The notes beneath the pieces were generated by a model. It saw nothing but the letters and a program-made list of their open reading frames with translations. It was not told where the DNA came from and did no database searches. A DNA stretch of 64,000 bases from Alphaproteobacteria bacterium (GTDB lineage: Bacteria > Pseudomonadota > Alphaproteobacteria > UBA9219), in contig JARLJC010000108.1 of the NCBI GenBank assembly GCA_031291435.1, positions 6,852-70,851 of the forward strand, given 5' to 3'. Within the stretch, counting starts at the first letter, position 1. Every line of letters starts with the position of its first letter. This document shows positions 18,502-27,071 of the stretch, piece after piece. A program made the position numbers and the translations under genes.

Positions 18502-19116
18502 GTGATCCACCCGGAACAGATAAGAGCGGCGCGCGCCATGCTGAGCCTTAGCCAGCGGCAACTGGCGAAAAAAGCCGGCGTTTCGGTGGCCACGCTCAAC
18601 AATATCGAACGTGGCGCGCAGACCGACCCCAAGATCAGCACGATTACCGCCATTCAGCAGGCGCTGGAATCGCGCGGCGTCGAATTTACCAATGCCTATG
18701 AAGGCGCCGGGGTGTTGCTCAAACCGATGCGCAACGGCGACGCCGGCGCCACCGTCCTGATCGTCGATGACAGCCGCGAGGACCGCCTGCTGTATAAAAA
18801 CTGGCTCGGCAAATCGGCGCATAAAAAATACCGCGTGGTCGAGGCCGACAATGCCCGCTCCGGATACGGCGCCTTCATCGAAAGCCATCCCGATTGCATC
18901 GTTCTCGATTTCAAGATGTATGGCAGCGACGGTTTCCAGATGCTCGCCGAAATGAAGAAAGATCATGTCCGTTTGCCGCCCATCGTGTTTGTCACCGGGC
19001 TGCATAACGACGTGCTGAAGGAAAGCGCGGAACGTCAGGGCGTCGCCGCCTATCTCGAGAAAAAGAACCTGACGAAAGAAAGGTTTCATGAGGCCATTGA
19101 GCGAGCGCTCGCCTGA
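18502..19116 (+). CDS. Response regulator with reversed architecture: HTH_XRE then REC (second copy)
   Basis: 204 aa with a GTG start. HTH: IRAARAMLSLSQRQLAKKAGVSVATLNNIERG. REC: LIVDDSRED, IVLDFKMYG, FVTG, LEKK. Confidence 0.85.
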   Translation: MIHPEQIRAARAMLSLSQRQLAKKAGVSVATLNNIERGAQTDPKISTITAIQQALESRGVEFTNAYEGAGVLLKPMRNGDAGATVLIVDDSREDRLLYKNWLGKSAHKKYRVVEADNARSGYGAFIESHPDCIVLDFKMYGSDGFQMLAEMKKDHVRLPPIVFVTGLHNDVLKESAERQGVAAYLEKKNLTKERFHEAIERALA

Positions 19117-20605
19117 ATCCAGCCGCGACCGGCTGCAGGCGATAGTCGACAACGCTTTGGATGGATTGATCACCATCGATAAGCGCGGCCTTATAGAAAC
19201 GTTCAACCCGGCATGCGGGCGTATTTTTGGCTATACCGCCGAAGAGGTGGTGGGGCAGAACGTCAAAATGCTGATGCCCGAGCCCTATCACAGCGAGCAT
19301 GACGGCTATCTGCATAATTACCAGACCACCGGCCAGCCCAAGATCATCGGCACGCCGGGACGCGAAGTTTCCGGGCGCCGCAAGGACGGCACGGTTTTTC
19401 CGCTCGATCTTTCCGTCAGCAGTTTCGAGCTTGAAGACGGCGCGCATTATTGCGGCATCATCCGTGATGTCAGCCTGCGCCAGCTATCGGCCCAGCATCT
19501 GAAGGACGAGAGCGAGCGCGTGCTGGCGATCATGAAAACGGTGCTCGACGGCGTCATCACCATCAGCGACCGCGGCCTGATCCAAAGCTTTAACCCGGCG
19601 GCGGTGCGTATTTTCGGGTATGAGCCGGAAGAAGTCATCGGTCAGAATGTCAAAATCCTGATGCCCGAACCCTACCATTCCGGGCACGACAATTATCTGC
19701 ATAATTATCTGACGACCGGCGAGAAAAAGGTCATCGGCATCGGCCGCGAAGTCAGCGCCAAGCGCAAGGACGGCTCGATTTTCCCGATGGAGCTCGGCGT
19801 CAACGAAATGAGCATTCAGGGCGAACGCATGTTCGTCGGCACCATTCGCGATATCACCGAACGCAAAAAAGCGGAACTCGAGATCAAGCGTTACCTCGCC
19901 TCGCTCAAGCGCAGCAATCAGGAACTCGACGATTTTGCTCATATCGCTTCGCATGATTTGAAAGAACCGCTACGCGGCCTCAGCAACAACGCCATGTTTC
20001 TAAAGGAAGATGTCGGCGACAGGCTCGACCAGGCCTGCGTCAAGCGCCTTGATCGCATGGTGTTCCTGTGTGAGCGGATGGAACGTCTCGTCAACGACCT
20101 GCTTTATTTCTCGCGTCTCGGGCGGCAGGAACTCGCGGTGCAGCGTACCGATCTCAACGAGGTCGTCAGGGATATCGAATCCATGATGGAAAATACGCTG
20201 CATGAAACACACACAACCATCGTTATCGACCTGGAATTGCCGGTCATTACCTGCGATTTGCCGCGTGTAACCGAGGCTTTCCGCAACCTGATCACCAACG
20301 CCATCAAATATAACGACAAGCCCGAGAAACGGATTGCCATCGGCTATGAATTTATCAATGGCGAACGCGCTTATTACGTGCGCGATAACGGCATCGGCAT
20401 CTCCGAACAATTTCATAGCGACGTGTTCCGCATCTTCAAGCGCCTGAACGACGAAGATGACAGCGTCAAGGGCACCGGCGTTGGCCTGACCTTCGTCAAG
20501 AAAATCGTCGAACGCCATGACGGCCGCATCTGGATCGACTCGAAAGTCGGCGAAGGCACCACTTTCTATTTCACCATCAACCAGCCCCGGGAGCATGATT
20601 TATGA
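19088..20605 (+). CDS. Histidine kinase with two tandem FixL-type heme-binding PAS domains
   Basis: 505 aa. PAS1 is LMPEPYHSEHDGYLHNYQTTGQPKIIGTPGREVSGRRKDGTVFPL. PAS2 is LMPEPYHSGHDNYLHNYLTTGEKKVIGIGREVSAKRKDGSIFPM. Both match the FixL heme-pocket signature. H-box SHDLKEPLRGL, then HATPase_c. Confidence 0.85.
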   Translation: MRPLSERSPESSRDRLQAIVDNALDGLITIDKRGLIETFNPACGRIFGYTAEEVVGQNVKMLMPEPYHSEHDGYLHNYQTTGQPKIIGTPGREVSGRRKDGTVFPLDLSVSSFELEDGAHYCGIIRDVSLRQLSAQHLKDESERVLAIMKTVLDGVITISDRGLIQSFNPAAVRIFGYEPEEVIGQNVKILMPEPYHSGHDNYLHNYLTTGEKKVIGIGREVSAKRKDGSIFPMELGVNEMSIQGERMFVGTIRDITERKKAELEIKRYLASLKRSNQELDDFAHIASHDLKEPLRGLSNNAMFLKEDVGDRLDQACVKRLDRMVFLCERMERLVNDLLYFSRLGRQELAVQRTDLNEVVRDIESMMENTLHETHTTIVIDLELPVITCDLPRVTEAFRNLITNAIKYNDKPEKRIAIGYEFINGERAYYVRDNGIGISEQFHSDVFRIFKRLNDEDDSVKGTGVGLTFVKKIVERHDGRIWIDSKVGEGTTFYFTINQPREHDL

Positions 20606-21045
20606 ACGCTTTGGCCAATATTCTTCTGGTGGAAGACAATCCCGATGATTTCGAGGCGACGTCGCGCAGCCTGCAGAGAAATCATTTCGTCAATCCGGTG
20701 CGCTGGTGCCGCACCGGCAGGGACGCCATCGACTATCTGCGCCACGGGGGCGTTTACGCCGGCGACGCCAAGGTTTTGCGGCCCGATCTGATCCTACTCG
20801 ACCTCAATATGCCGGGCATCGACGGGCGCAAGGTTCTGGAGATTATCAAATCCGACGACGATCTGAAATCGATCCCGGTCGTTGTTCTGACCACCTCGCG
20901 CGACTCCAAGGATGTCGATCAATGCTACGCCATCGGCGCTAATACCTATATCCAGAAGCCGGTCAGTTTCGAAGGGCTGACGCAGGCGATCGGCGCCATG
21001 AAGGATTACTGGTTCGGCATTGCCATCCTTCCCCGCACGGAATGA
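20602..21045 (+). CDS. Single-domain response regulator (CheY/Rcp1-like)
   Basis: 147 aa (ILLVEDNPDDFE, LILLDLNMPG, VLTTS, YIQKP). ATGA overlap with the upstream kinase. Confidence 0.9.
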   Translation: MNALANILLVEDNPDDFEATSRSLQRNHFVNPVRWCRTGRDAIDYLRHGGVYAGDAKVLRPDLILLDLNMPGIDGRKVLEIIKSDDDLKSIPVVVLTTSRDSKDVDQCYAIGANTYIQKPVSFEGLTQAIGAMKDYWFGIAILPRTE

Positions 21046-21052
21046 GGAAATC

Positions 21053-22585
21053 ATGATCGATCAGCCCATCAGTATCCTCATCATCGACGACAGTCCCGAC
21101 GACCGTGAAAATTATATCAGGCTCCTCAAGAAAAATGCCGAAGTGGCTTTTCGCTGCCACGAAACCGGCGAAGGGCAGGCGGGCCTTGCCGCCGTCAATG
21201 AATTGAGGCCCGATTGCGTGCTGCTCGATTATTCCCTGCCCGGCGCCAACGGGCTCGAGGTTTTAAAGACGATCAAGGCGCAGAAACATGTCGTGCCGGT
21301 TATCCTGCTGACGGGGCAGGGCAGCGAGGCGATCGCCGTGCAGGCGATCAAGCTGGGCGCCGACGATTACCTCGCCAAATCGGCGATGACGGTGGAAAGC
21401 CTGTGCCGCTCGATCCGCATCGCCATCGAACATAATTATCTGCAGGGCAGGATCGACGAACAGACCGCGCTGCTGCTGAAAAATGAAACCCGTTATCAGC
21501 AATTGATCGACGGACTGCACGATCATTCTTTTTGCTGGATCGACAAAGAAGGCCGCGTCGAAAGCTGGAACAGCGGGGCCGAAAGAATGATGGGCTATAG
21601 CGAAAAGGAAATCATCGGCCAGCCGGTGTCCCTCTTCTATACCGAAGAAGACCGCCGCGCCGGCAAGGATGCCGCCGCGCTCGCCAACGCCCTCACCACG
21701 GGCAAATTCACCTGCGACCGCTGGCACATGCGCAAGGATGGCAGCCAGTTCTGGTGCAACGTTCAGGTCGATGCCCTGCGCGACAATGAGGGGGCGATCG
21801 TCGGATTCATCAAGGTGACGCACGACATCACCGAACGCCGCGAGGCCGAACTGGAACGCAACGCGCTGATGGAAAAACTGATGCGGTCCAACACGGAACT
21901 GGAACGCTTCGCCTATGTCGCGTCGCACGATATGCAGGAACCCGTGCGCATGGTGATGAATTTCAGCCGCATCATCGCCCGCGATTACGCGGATAAATTC
22001 GACGAAGAAGGCCGCGAATATCTGCAATTCGTGACCGAATCCGCCGACCGTATTCACGATATGATCGACGACCTGCTCGACTACGCCCGCATGGGCAGCG
22101 AGGATACCGGCATGAGCCTGGTCGACGGCGATGGCGAGCTCGGCCATGTTCTCGACAATCTCGCCGAACTTATCCGCGAGACCGGGGCCGAAGTGACGCA
22201 TGATGTTTTGCCGTCCTTTCACGGGAATCCCGTGCAGTTCATGCGCCTGATGCAGAACCTGATTTCCAACGCCATCAAATACCAGCCGCCCGGGAACAAG
22301 CCGGTGGTGCGCATCGGCGTCGAGGATCAGGGCGACAGCTGGCGCCTCTCGGTGGCCGACAATGGACTTGGCGTCGACGAGGCGTTCGCCGAGAAAATTT
22401 TCGAACCCTTCCGCCGCCTGCATAGCTGGGAACAGATCAAGGGCACCGGCCTCGGCCTCGCGGTATGCCGACGGATCGTCGAAAATCACGGGGGCAGGAT
22501 CGAGATGAAATCGGCGCCGGGGCGGGGCAGCACTTTCTTCGTCATCCTGCCCAAACAACACCTCAACAGGCAGATGGTCGCATGA
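21053..22585 (+). CDS. Hybrid REC-PAS-histidine kinase
   Basis: I prefer the ATG at 21053 (MIDQPISILIIDDSPDD), preceded by GAGGAAA. REC, then a generic PAS, then H-box SHDMQEPVRM and HATPase_c. Confidence 0.85.
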   Translation: MIDQPISILIIDDSPDDRENYIRLLKKNAEVAFRCHETGEGQAGLAAVNELRPDCVLLDYSLPGANGLEVLKTIKAQKHVVPVILLTGQGSEAIAVQAIKLGADDYLAKSAMTVESLCRSIRIAIEHNYLQGRIDEQTALLLKNETRYQQLIDGLHDHSFCWIDKEGRVESWNSGAERMMGYSEKEIIGQPVSLFYTEEDRRAGKDAAALANALTTGKFTCDRWHMRKDGSQFWCNVQVDALRDNEGAIVGFIKVTHDITERREAELERNALMEKLMRSNTELERFAYVASHDMQEPVRMVMNFSRIIARDYADKFDEEGREYLQFVTESADRIHDMIDDLLDYARMGSEDTGMSLVDGDGELGHVLDNLAELIRETGAEVTHDVLPSFHGNPVQFMRLMQNLISNAIKYQPPGNKPVVRIGVEDQGDSWRLSVADNGLGVDEAFAEKIFEPFRRLHSWEQIKGTGLGLAVCRRIVENHGGRIEMKSAPGRGSTFFVILPKQHLNRQMVA

Positions 22586-23067
22586 GCCTCAGTCCCGTCG
22601 CCAGCAAGAAACGCAGCGCCGAAATCCTTCTGATCGAGGATAATCGCGGCGACGCGGTCCTGGCCGCGCGTGCTTTCCGCGAGGCGCATGTGCCCACGCA
22701 TATGAGCCTGGCGGCCAGCGCCGAGGAGGCGCTCGGCATGCTGCGCCACGAAGACGGTTATGAAGCCTGTGCGCCGCCCGACCTGATTTTGCTCGACCTC
22801 AATCTGATGCGCATGCACGGCCACGATTTTCTGAAAATCGTCAAGGCGGACGCCCGGCTGCGGCACATTCCGGTGGTCGTGCTGTCGAGTTCGCGCGCGC
22901 TGCACGACGTCATCGCCAGTTACGATGGTTATGCCAGCGGTTATATCGTCAAGCCCCTCGGGCTTGAGCCTTACAGGGAGCTGGTCACGGCGGTCGAGCA
23001 GTTCTTCTTCCGGCAGGCCACGCTGCCCGATGCCGCCGATCTCGAACCGAACGGAGGGTTGCTATGA
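22582..23067 (+). CDS. Single-domain response regulator
   Basis: ATG at 22582 in an ATGA overlap with the kinase stop. Product MSLSPVASKKRSAEILLIEDNRGD..., LILLDLNLMRMHG, VLSSS, YIVKP. Confidence 0.85.
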   Translation: MSLSPVASKKRSAEILLIEDNRGDAVLAARAFREAHVPTHMSLAASAEEALGMLRHEDGYEACAPPDLILLDLNLMRMHGHDFLKIVKADARLRHIPVVVLSSSRALHDVIASYDGYASGYIVKPLGLEPYRELVTAVEQFFFRQATLPDAADLEPNGGLL

Positions 23068-23780
23068 ACAGGATGCAAAGCGAACCGGAAATCGCCAGCG
23101 AATTCCGAGATTATGTTTACGGCGTTTCGCACGATGTCAGCGCGCCGGTGCGGGCGATGGTCGAATTTTCCCGTCTTTTGACCGGCGACCATGTCAGCCA
23201 TCTTGACGAAGAAGGCCGTCTCTATCTGTCACTCATCATCGATAATGGCGAGAAATTGCAAAAAATGATGGCGGGCTTGCTCGATTATTCGCGCCTCAAT
23301 ACCGAAGCGCGGCCTTTCGCCCCCGTCGATTGCGACGCGGCGGTGAAGGACGCGCTGTTGTCGCTCGACGACATTATCCGCGCCAAGCAGGCGCGGATCG
23401 AATGCGGGCCGATGCCCGTGATTATCGGCGACGCTACTCAAATCTGGCAGTTGTTTGTGGCGTTGATCGACAACGCGCTCAAATTCCAGCAGGCCGGATC
23501 GATTCCGCACATCAAGATTGCGGCGGAGAAGCATAAGGATATGTGGCAATTTTCCGTGAGCGACAACGGCATCGGCATCGACGAGCGTTTTCGCGAGAAA
23601 ATTTTCACCGTCTTCCAGCGCTTGCATTCAGGCGATGATTTTCCCGGTATCGGCATCGGCCTCACGCTGGCGCGCAAGATTGTGCGCCGTCATGGCGGCG
23701 AGATCCGGGCCGAATCGCATCCCGGTCCCGGTGTTACGTTGCTTTTCACTCTCCCGGTTCAGGGCATCGTCGCCGGATAG
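23064..23780 (+). CDS. Sensor-less histidine kinase core (HisKA + HATPase_c only)
   Basis: 238 aa with an ATGA overlap with the upstream REC gene. H-box VSHDVSAPVRAM. N and G boxes are present. There is no TM or PAS domain. Confidence 0.85.
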   Translation: MNRMQSEPEIASEFRDYVYGVSHDVSAPVRAMVEFSRLLTGDHVSHLDEEGRLYLSLIIDNGEKLQKMMAGLLDYSRLNTEARPFAPVDCDAAVKDALLSLDDIIRAKQARIECGPMPVIIGDATQIWQLFVALIDNALKFQQAGSIPHIKIAAEKHKDMWQFSVSDNGIGIDERFREKIFTVFQRLHSGDDFPGIGIGLTLARKIVRRHGGEIRAESHPGPGVTLLFTLPVQGIVAG

Positions 23781-23894
23781 GCATAAAACCTACGCGCGCG
23801 CCTTATTCCAACACCGCCGTATGCCGCGTTTTTAAGGTTGGGTAAGGGCTTGGTGGGATACTGCGACGGTAACTCGAATCAAGGTCGATGAGCC

Positions 23895-24899
23895 ATGAAA
23901 GCTTCTTCCGCCTTACACATTCTTCTGGTGGATGATTCCAGAGGCGATGCTCTGATGATCGACCGCGCCATTCATCAGGTGATGCCTGAAGCGTGCGACG
24001 TGCAGCGCGCCGAGACTTTGGCCGGAACTTTGAGACTATTGTCCCAGCATCATTTCGATGTCGCCCTGCTCGATCGCTCGCTGCCCGACGTCGTCGGCAA
24101 CAGCGGCCTGCAAAGCATCCAGAACATGGCGCCCGATTTGCCGGTGGTGTTCCTGACCGCCTATAAAAGCGAGAATGCGGCGCTGGAGGCGATCGAGCAG
24201 GGCGCGCAGGATTACCTGTTCAAGGACAAGATCGACGGCCCCGCCATCAAGCGCGCCATTCAGTTCGCCATCATTCGCAAGCATTTCGAAAGCACCCTGC
24301 AGATGCAGGCTAATTTCGATCCTTTGACGGGACTTGCCAACCGCATGTCGTTCGAAGGCAGGCTCGAGATGGCGCTGGAACGGATGAAGCGCCGCGAAGG
24401 CAGCATCGGCGTCCTGTTTCTCGATCTCAACCGGTTCAAGCCGGTCAACGATACATATGGGCACGCGATGGGCGACCGGCTGCTGGTGGAAATCGGGTCG
24501 CGCATCAAATCGTGCCTGCGGCCCTATGATGCCGCAGCGCGCTTCGGCGGCGACGAATTCGCGGTGCTGATCGAGGATATCGCCGCGCCCGAACAATGCG
24601 CCGGCATTGCCCGCAAAATGATCAATGCCATCGAACAGCCTTTCGCGAGTTCTGGCATCGATCTTAAAGTAGGGGTCAGTATCGGCGTCGCCATCTGCGG
24701 CGCGCCCCTCACCTGCGGCCGCGAGGAACTGATACGCCGCGCCGACGCCGCCATGTATGCGGCCAAAGCCATGCCAGAAAGCGCCTGCCGGTTCTGGGAT
24801 GGGTCGTCGCCGGTCGCGTCTCAGGCCCTGAAGTTCGAGACGCGCGACAAAATCGGATTGATCTCGCCGATGTCGAGCGGTTTGGCCAGGCATCCGTAA
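23895..24899 (+). CDS. REC-GGDEF diguanylate cyclase
   Basis: 334 aa. REC: ILLVDDSRGD, ALLDRSLPD. The active site is an intact GGDEF, with an RxxD I-site (RPYD) five residues upstream. Confidence 0.88.
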   Translation: MKASSALHILLVDDSRGDALMIDRAIHQVMPEACDVQRAETLAGTLRLLSQHHFDVALLDRSLPDVVGNSGLQSIQNMAPDLPVVFLTAYKSENAALEAIEQGAQDYLFKDKIDGPAIKRAIQFAIIRKHFESTLQMQANFDPLTGLANRMSFEGRLEMALERMKRREGSIGVLFLDLNRFKPVNDTYGHAMGDRLLVEIGSRIKSCLRPYDAAARFGGDEFAVLIEDIAAPEQCAGIARKMINAIEQPFASSGIDLKVGVSIGVAICGAPLTCGREELIRRADAAMYAAKAMPESACRFWDGSSPVASQALKFETRDKIGLISPMSSGLARHP

Positions 24900-25297
24900 A
24901 TCGGCAAACCCCGGTAATCCGTTTTCAGTTTGTCGGAAGGCCGCACCCCGCTGATGATGGCGATGGGAATCGTCTGCATCGGCCCCGGCGCATGCGCGAG
25001 ATATTCCAGAATCGCGAGCCCGTTCGTGCCCGGCAACCCCATATCGAGCAGGAGCAGATCGGGCATCCGCGTCTGCATGCAGTTGCCGAGATAGGGCATG
25101 ACGTCGTCGCCATGCGTGATGCGGTCGAGGTTATAGGGAATCTGCGTGGCGTTGATGCGCTGGATGGTGAGGAGCGTATCGCTGTAATCATCCTCGACGA
25201 GAAGGATGTTGAGCATGCCGTCATCGTCAGTCATGTAGGGAACGCTGAAAGGCAGTAATTCCTGCCGGTAAGCCCGGTTGTCGTAAAGCTGGGACAT
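24821..25297 (-). CDS. Single-domain response regulator
   Basis: I prefer the ATG at 25297, preceded by GGAGG. Product MSQLYDNRAY...ILLVEDDYSD, LLLLDMGLPG, LAKP. Its 3' end overlaps the GGDEF gene by 79 nt. Confidence 0.75.
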   Translation of the reverse strand: MSQLYDNRAYRQELLPFSVPYMTDDDGMLNILLVEDDYSDTLLTIQRINATQIPYNLDRITHGDDVMPYLGNCMQTRMPDLLLLDMGLPGTNGLAILEYLAHAPGPMQTIPIAIISGVRPSDKLKTDYRGLPIYGCLAKPLDIGEINPILSRVSNFRA

Positions 25298-25385
25298 TAT
25301 AGCCTCCGCGCCAATGAGTCGGTTTTGAATAGACCTGAGTCTAAGCGCGCAGGGCGAAGGGAGTGCTAAGAGAAACGGCACAAAG

Positions 25386-25401
25386 GCCTATCGCGATAGG
25401 C
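25386..25401 (-). terminator. Perfect 16-bp palindrome downstream of the 448-aa ORF (weak terminator candidate)
   Basis: gcctatcgcgataggc lies about 25 nt after the stop at 25426. On the minus strand it is followed by a T-containing tract (ctttgtgccgtttctctt). Confidence 0.3.
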
Positions 25402-25425
25402 TTTCGTCGCCGGAAGCAGGAAAGG

Positions 25426-26772
25426 TTAGACCGAAGGCTTTTCGCGCGGCCCGGTGAATTTGGGCGCGGGTACCAGATCGTCGACGGCCCCGGGGGCCAT
25501 TGCCTGCATCGCCTTCAGCGACGGCACGGCACCGCCAGCCGGTCCGGCAAGAGCAGGGCCGTTTTCGTGCGAGAGCGTTTGCACAGCCAGTTTGTCCGCC
25601 ATATCTTTAGGGACGCCACTTTGCTGTAGGATGAGCGATAACGTATCCGATTTGACGCCGCCCTGAATAAGTTCCTGGACAGCACCCTGACCTTCTGGCG
25701 AGTTGATGAACTCGATGGCCTGCTGGCCGGTCATAGTCAGCTGATAGACTGCATTGAGGCGCTGCGCCCCGCGCCCCATCTCAGCGGCCTTGACGACCAT
25801 ATCTGCTGTTTTCTCGCTATCCACAGTTTTTTGGACGACTTCCGCAACTTTGGTGACACCGCGCATTGCCTTCAATGAGGCTACGCCCCCTTCGATAAGA
25901 ACGTCGCCTGCACCGGCCGTCGGTATGGCTACAAGGACGTCACCAACCAAGGAGACGGCGTCAACTGCACCCCACATGGCGGCCCAGCCGAAATGACTCA
26001 TATCGCCGGTCTTGAGGCCTTCCTGAATTTCTTCATAGGAGGTGACGCCGGGTGCCAGCGTCGCAGCCGCGCTCACAACCGCGCCGCCGACATTCTGGAA
26101 GAAGGAGGATGTGCCGGCAGCTGCTGCATCGGACTGACTTCCAACCTGCCCGGTTGTCAGAAGAGACCCATAACGTTTTGCCATATAAGTGCTTGCTGCG
26201 GTGATAAATGAATTTACAGCAGCACTTCCTACCATCAGGCCGACGCCGGGCATGCGGTCTTTTGCGAATTGTCCGAGACCACGGCCTAGTCCGCTGCCAG
26301 TAACTTCGCCCATTTCTTCGGAAGCTGCCATAACAGGCGCTTTTTCCGGAGCAGGCGTTTTAAGTACCTCGTTGCTTGCCTCAGGTCTGGCAGCGTTGGT
26401 ATTTGTCGCATTTTCTGGTGTGCCGGCCGCCTTCATTTTTTCTTGTTCTGCCAATTTTGCTTCGGCTGCATCTTGGGCACGGTCGGCGATTCTTCGGCCA
26501 CGACCGTGCATCATCATATATTGGGACGCGGAAAGTCCGGCCATGCCATTGGGGCCATATGGATTTCCAGCGTTATTAAAATCATTCAGATCAGATTTCT
26601 TGCCGGATTCCAGTAGCCCCAGCAACGCCAGAGGGGCTGTATCGTCTTTATCCTTGGCCCGATTTTGCTCGTCGTCGCTGTTGTTTCGCGCGACAATGGC
26701 AAGCACTTTTTGTTCCAGCGCGGCATTGAGCTGCTCCGGAGTTCCCCCCAACATGTCATCAGGCGATGGCAT
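25426..26772 (-). CDS. Orphan hypothetical protein A (charged N-terminal half, Gly/Ala-rich hydrophobic centre)
   Basis: 448 aa with GGGAGGG 8 nt before the ATG. No signal peptide. The central stretch GVGLMVGSAAVNSFITAAS...GGAVVSAAATLAPG...WAAMWGAVDAVSLVGDVLVAIPTAGAG looks membrane-active. I recognise no family. Confidence 0.65.
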   Translation of the reverse strand: MPSPDDMLGGTPEQLNAALEQKVLAIVARNNSDDEQNRAKDKDDTAPLALLGLLESGKKSDLNDFNNAGNPYGPNGMAGLSASQYMMMHGRGRRIADRAQDAAEAKLAEQEKMKAAGTPENATNTNAARPEASNEVLKTPAPEKAPVMAASEEMGEVTGSGLGRGLGQFAKDRMPGVGLMVGSAAVNSFITAASTYMAKRYGSLLTTGQVGSQSDAAAAGTSSFFQNVGGAVVSAAATLAPGVTSYEEIQEGLKTGDMSHFGWAAMWGAVDAVSLVGDVLVAIPTAGAGDVLIEGGVASLKAMRGVTKVAEVVQKTVDSEKTADMVVKAAEMGRGAQRLNAVYQLTMTGQQAIEFINSPEGQGAVQELIQGGVKSDTLSLILQQSGVPKDMADKLAVQTLSHENGPALAGPAGGAVPSLKAMQAMAPGAVDDLVPAPKFTGPREKPSV

Positions 26773-27071
26773 AGAAAAACCCTCCCAAAAGGGGCAGCAG
26801 GAACAACAAGTGGTTTGCGGTCAGGCCGCGGACCGGCACGGCAGATACCGATTTCCCGCTGTTAAAATAAGTCCGCGCCATAAAATGCCTTTACAATTAT
26901 TATGTAGGGCCAGATTATCATCCTTTGATTAATGATTCAATAAATGTAAAAAGCGATATAGTTTCAAATACTCAATAAAATGGCCGGTTTGGCCGTCGGG
27001 CACACCCGGTAAATTAATGAATGGTTCACGAATAAAAGCTATATCATTGAAGATAAAGGAGAGGCCTTTTT

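Noticed and set aside
26900-26960. Fur-box-like or FNR-like AT-rich sequence (tttgattaatgattcaataaa) in the islet promoter region
   Set aside because: It matches neither the GATAATGATAATCATTATC consensus nor TTGAT-N4-ATCAA in register. AT-rich promoters give such partial matches by chance.
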